Positions 62,327-64,000 of a stretch of 64,000 nucleotides of DNA are shown here, one piece after another. The stretch lies in contig CAWCYI010000006.1 of the NCBI GenBank assembly GCA_963799845.1, forward strand, positions 1,344,001-1,408,000, written 5' to 3'. Within the stretch, counting starts at the first letter, position 1. Each line of letters starts with the position of its first letter. The notes beneath the pieces were generated by a model. The model did not search any database. It was not told where the DNA came from and was given only the letters and a program-made list of their open reading frames with translations. The position numbers and the translations under genes are program-made. This DNA is from an uncultured Nitrososphaerota archaeon (GTDB lineage: Archaea; Thermoproteota; Nitrososphaeria; Nitrososphaerales; CADDZS01).

Positions 62327-63517
62327 ATGTCCTCGATCGACTTTGAGTTTGAAGCTAAGAATCTTGAACCCGAGATCATAGCAATTCGGAGAGACCTTCA
62401 CGAGAATCCCGAACTTTCGTTCATGGAACAGCGTACCGCCAAAGTAGTTGCGGGTCATCTGAAGCGCCTGGGAATCGAGGTCAAGACAGAAATTGGAGGT
62501 ATCCATGGGGTTCTTGGCATTTTAAAAGGAGCGAAGGAAGGAAAAGTCGTGGGACTGCGCGCAGATATGGACGCCCTGCCAGTCACTGAGGATGTCGACC
62601 TTCCCTTCAAGTCGAAAACTTCCGGAGTAATGCATTCTTGCGGACATGATACTCATGTTGCGATGCTCCTAGGTGCTGCTGAGCTCCTGGCCAAACATAA
62701 AGCTGATCTCCACGGTACTGTGAAATTCTTTTTCCAGCCGGCAGAAGAGGATGGGGGGAGGGGAGGAGCGAAACCTATGATTGAGGCCGGAGTCATGGAA
62801 AATCCAAAAGTCGATTACGTGTTCGGCTTGCACATTGGCGGCGAATATCCGTCGGGAACGTTTGGGGTTCGAGCTGGTCCGTTCATGGCGGCACCTGACG
62901 GGTTCAAGATCAGGATCATAGGAAAGGGCGGTCACGGATCAAGGCCCCATGAAACGATTGATCCGATTTTCATCTCTGCAGAGCTGATTGTTGCGCTTCA
63001 AGGTATCTCAACCCGAATAATCAACCCCGTAGAGCCGTTTGTTATTTCGGTCTGCAGCATTCACTCTGGTACCAAAGACAACATTATTCCCGACGATGCC
63101 GAGCTCCTGGGAACTATTCGCACGATGAACGAAAAGACACGAGAACTCGCGAAGAAGAGCGTTGGCCAGGTTACAAAGTCAATTTGCGAAGCTTACGGAG
63201 CAAAGTACGAACTTGAATTCAAGCAAGATGCGTATCCCGTCACCTACAACGATGAAAAAGTGACTGAAAAAGTGAAGGAAATTCTGAAGACAGTCCGGGG
63301 GACGAAGACAAACGAGATCGACGTCAAACTGGGTGCCGAGGATTTTTCGAGATTCCTTCAGAAGGCTCCGGGGACGTTCTACTACTTGGGAACGAAGAAC
63401 GAGCAGAAGGGTTGCATTTATCCGAACCACAGCTCGAAATTCAAAGTCGACGAAGACGTCTTAAAGTTTGGATCTGCCTCACTCGCGAAATTGGCGCTTG
63501 AATTTGGAAAGCAATGA
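62327..63517 (+). CDS. M20D amidohydrolase/carboxypeptidase
   Basis: RRDLHENPELS, RADMDALP, HSCGHD, FQPAEE, GGHGS, AEDF and NHS. Confidence 0.93.
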   Translation: MSSIDFEFEAKNLEPEIIAIRRDLHENPELSFMEQRTAKVVAGHLKRLGIEVKTEIGGIHGVLGILKGAKEGKVVGLRADMDALPVTEDVDLPFKSKTSGVMHSCGHDTHVAMLLGAAELLAKHKADLHGTVKFFFQPAEEDGGRGGAKPMIEAGVMENPKVDYVFGLHIGGEYPSGTFGVRAGPFMAAPDGFKIRIIGKGGHGSRPHETIDPIFISAELIVALQGISTRIINPVEPFVISVCSIHSGTKDNIIPDDAELLGTIRTMNEKTRELAKKSVGQVTKSICEAYGAKYELEFKQDAYPVTYNDEKVTEKVKEILKTVRGTKTNEIDVKLGAEDFSRFLQKAPGTFYYLGTKNEQKGCIYPNHSSKFKVDEDVLKFGSASLAKLALEFGKQ

Positions 63518-63730
63518 TCGTTTGCTGAATTTGCCCTCAGGCTTTTTAACTTGAAAAATTCCCTTTGTCCATTGAGTTGAAAAAAGGAAACCACCTCGTC
63601 ATTTGTCCCAAATGCTCTCAAGCTTTTCCGATCGATGATATTGTTGCTCATGTTCTTACCCACATGAAGGATCAATCAAAGCCGGTCGAATCAAAACCGT
63701 CCGGCGCATGAAACGCGTTCGAAGCTTGAG

Positions 63731-64000
63731 ATGTCACTCGACAATTTCCTCCACGATCGCTCGGGATACGATGCGCCTTTAACCAAAGGCGATAAGGAAA
63801 AATTCGAGTCCTGGGTCTCGAAAATCCTTTCCGATCCAAAATCGATCGCTTCAACCATCGAAGACGCTCTAAAACAGGGTATGTATTCCGAATGGGAATC
63901 GGAATCTGCGACTCACAAGTTCAAACTAGGTTCCTACTATCCGAGCATGATTGAAAGGTGCCTCCGGGCCCAAGCTTACTCGTACCTGTTTCCTGAACCC
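63731..64000 (+). CDS. Cas4-like/PD-(D/E)XK nuclease, 5' part (runs off window)
   Basis: Open frame MSLDNFL...YYPSMIERCLRAQAYSY resembles the Cas4-like N-terminal S-x4-C-x-R motif. Confidence 0.55.
   Translation, partial: MSLDNFLHDRSGYDAPLTKGDKEKFESWVSKILSDPKSIASTIEDALKQGMYSEWESESATHKFKLGSYYPSMIERCLRAQAYSYLFPEP

Overview
Archaeal chromosomal window. A non-ammonia-oxidising Nitrososphaerota/TACK lineage is inferred from the BHB tRNA introns including a 15/16 intron, TrmB, DUF2153-like, HTH_45-like and V4R proteins, and TATA promoters. Bases ~570-11,990 form a catabolic island (GH4 glycosidase, FAD oxidoreductase, Dpp/Opp ABC transporter, DHDPS-like aldolase) at the 3' end of a two-intron tRNA-His, bounded by tRNA-3'-end repeats. 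Five IS elements have resolvable ends. These include an IS1182 that carries a SWIM zinc-finger passenger gene and is nested in an IS6, and an IS481 whose 15-bp target duplication contains a TATA box. Two LAGLIDADG inteins sit in atypical hosts: one at the catalytic Cys of a dual-specificity phosphatase and one in the PxxYxWxFP motif of a geranylgeranyl reductase. The window also has a polyphosphate operon (sixA, ppx, two thymidylate-kinase-like genes, CHAD, truncated pstS), a twice-occurring ACT-V4R plus CxxC-x22-H-x4-H microprotein pairing, a degenerate FtsZ-like protein and a non-coding block with 10-bp-phased AGCT motifs. About eleven single-base frameshifts, one in enolase, are most likely long-read sequencing errors. 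All family calls come from motifs recognised by eye; no database searches were run.
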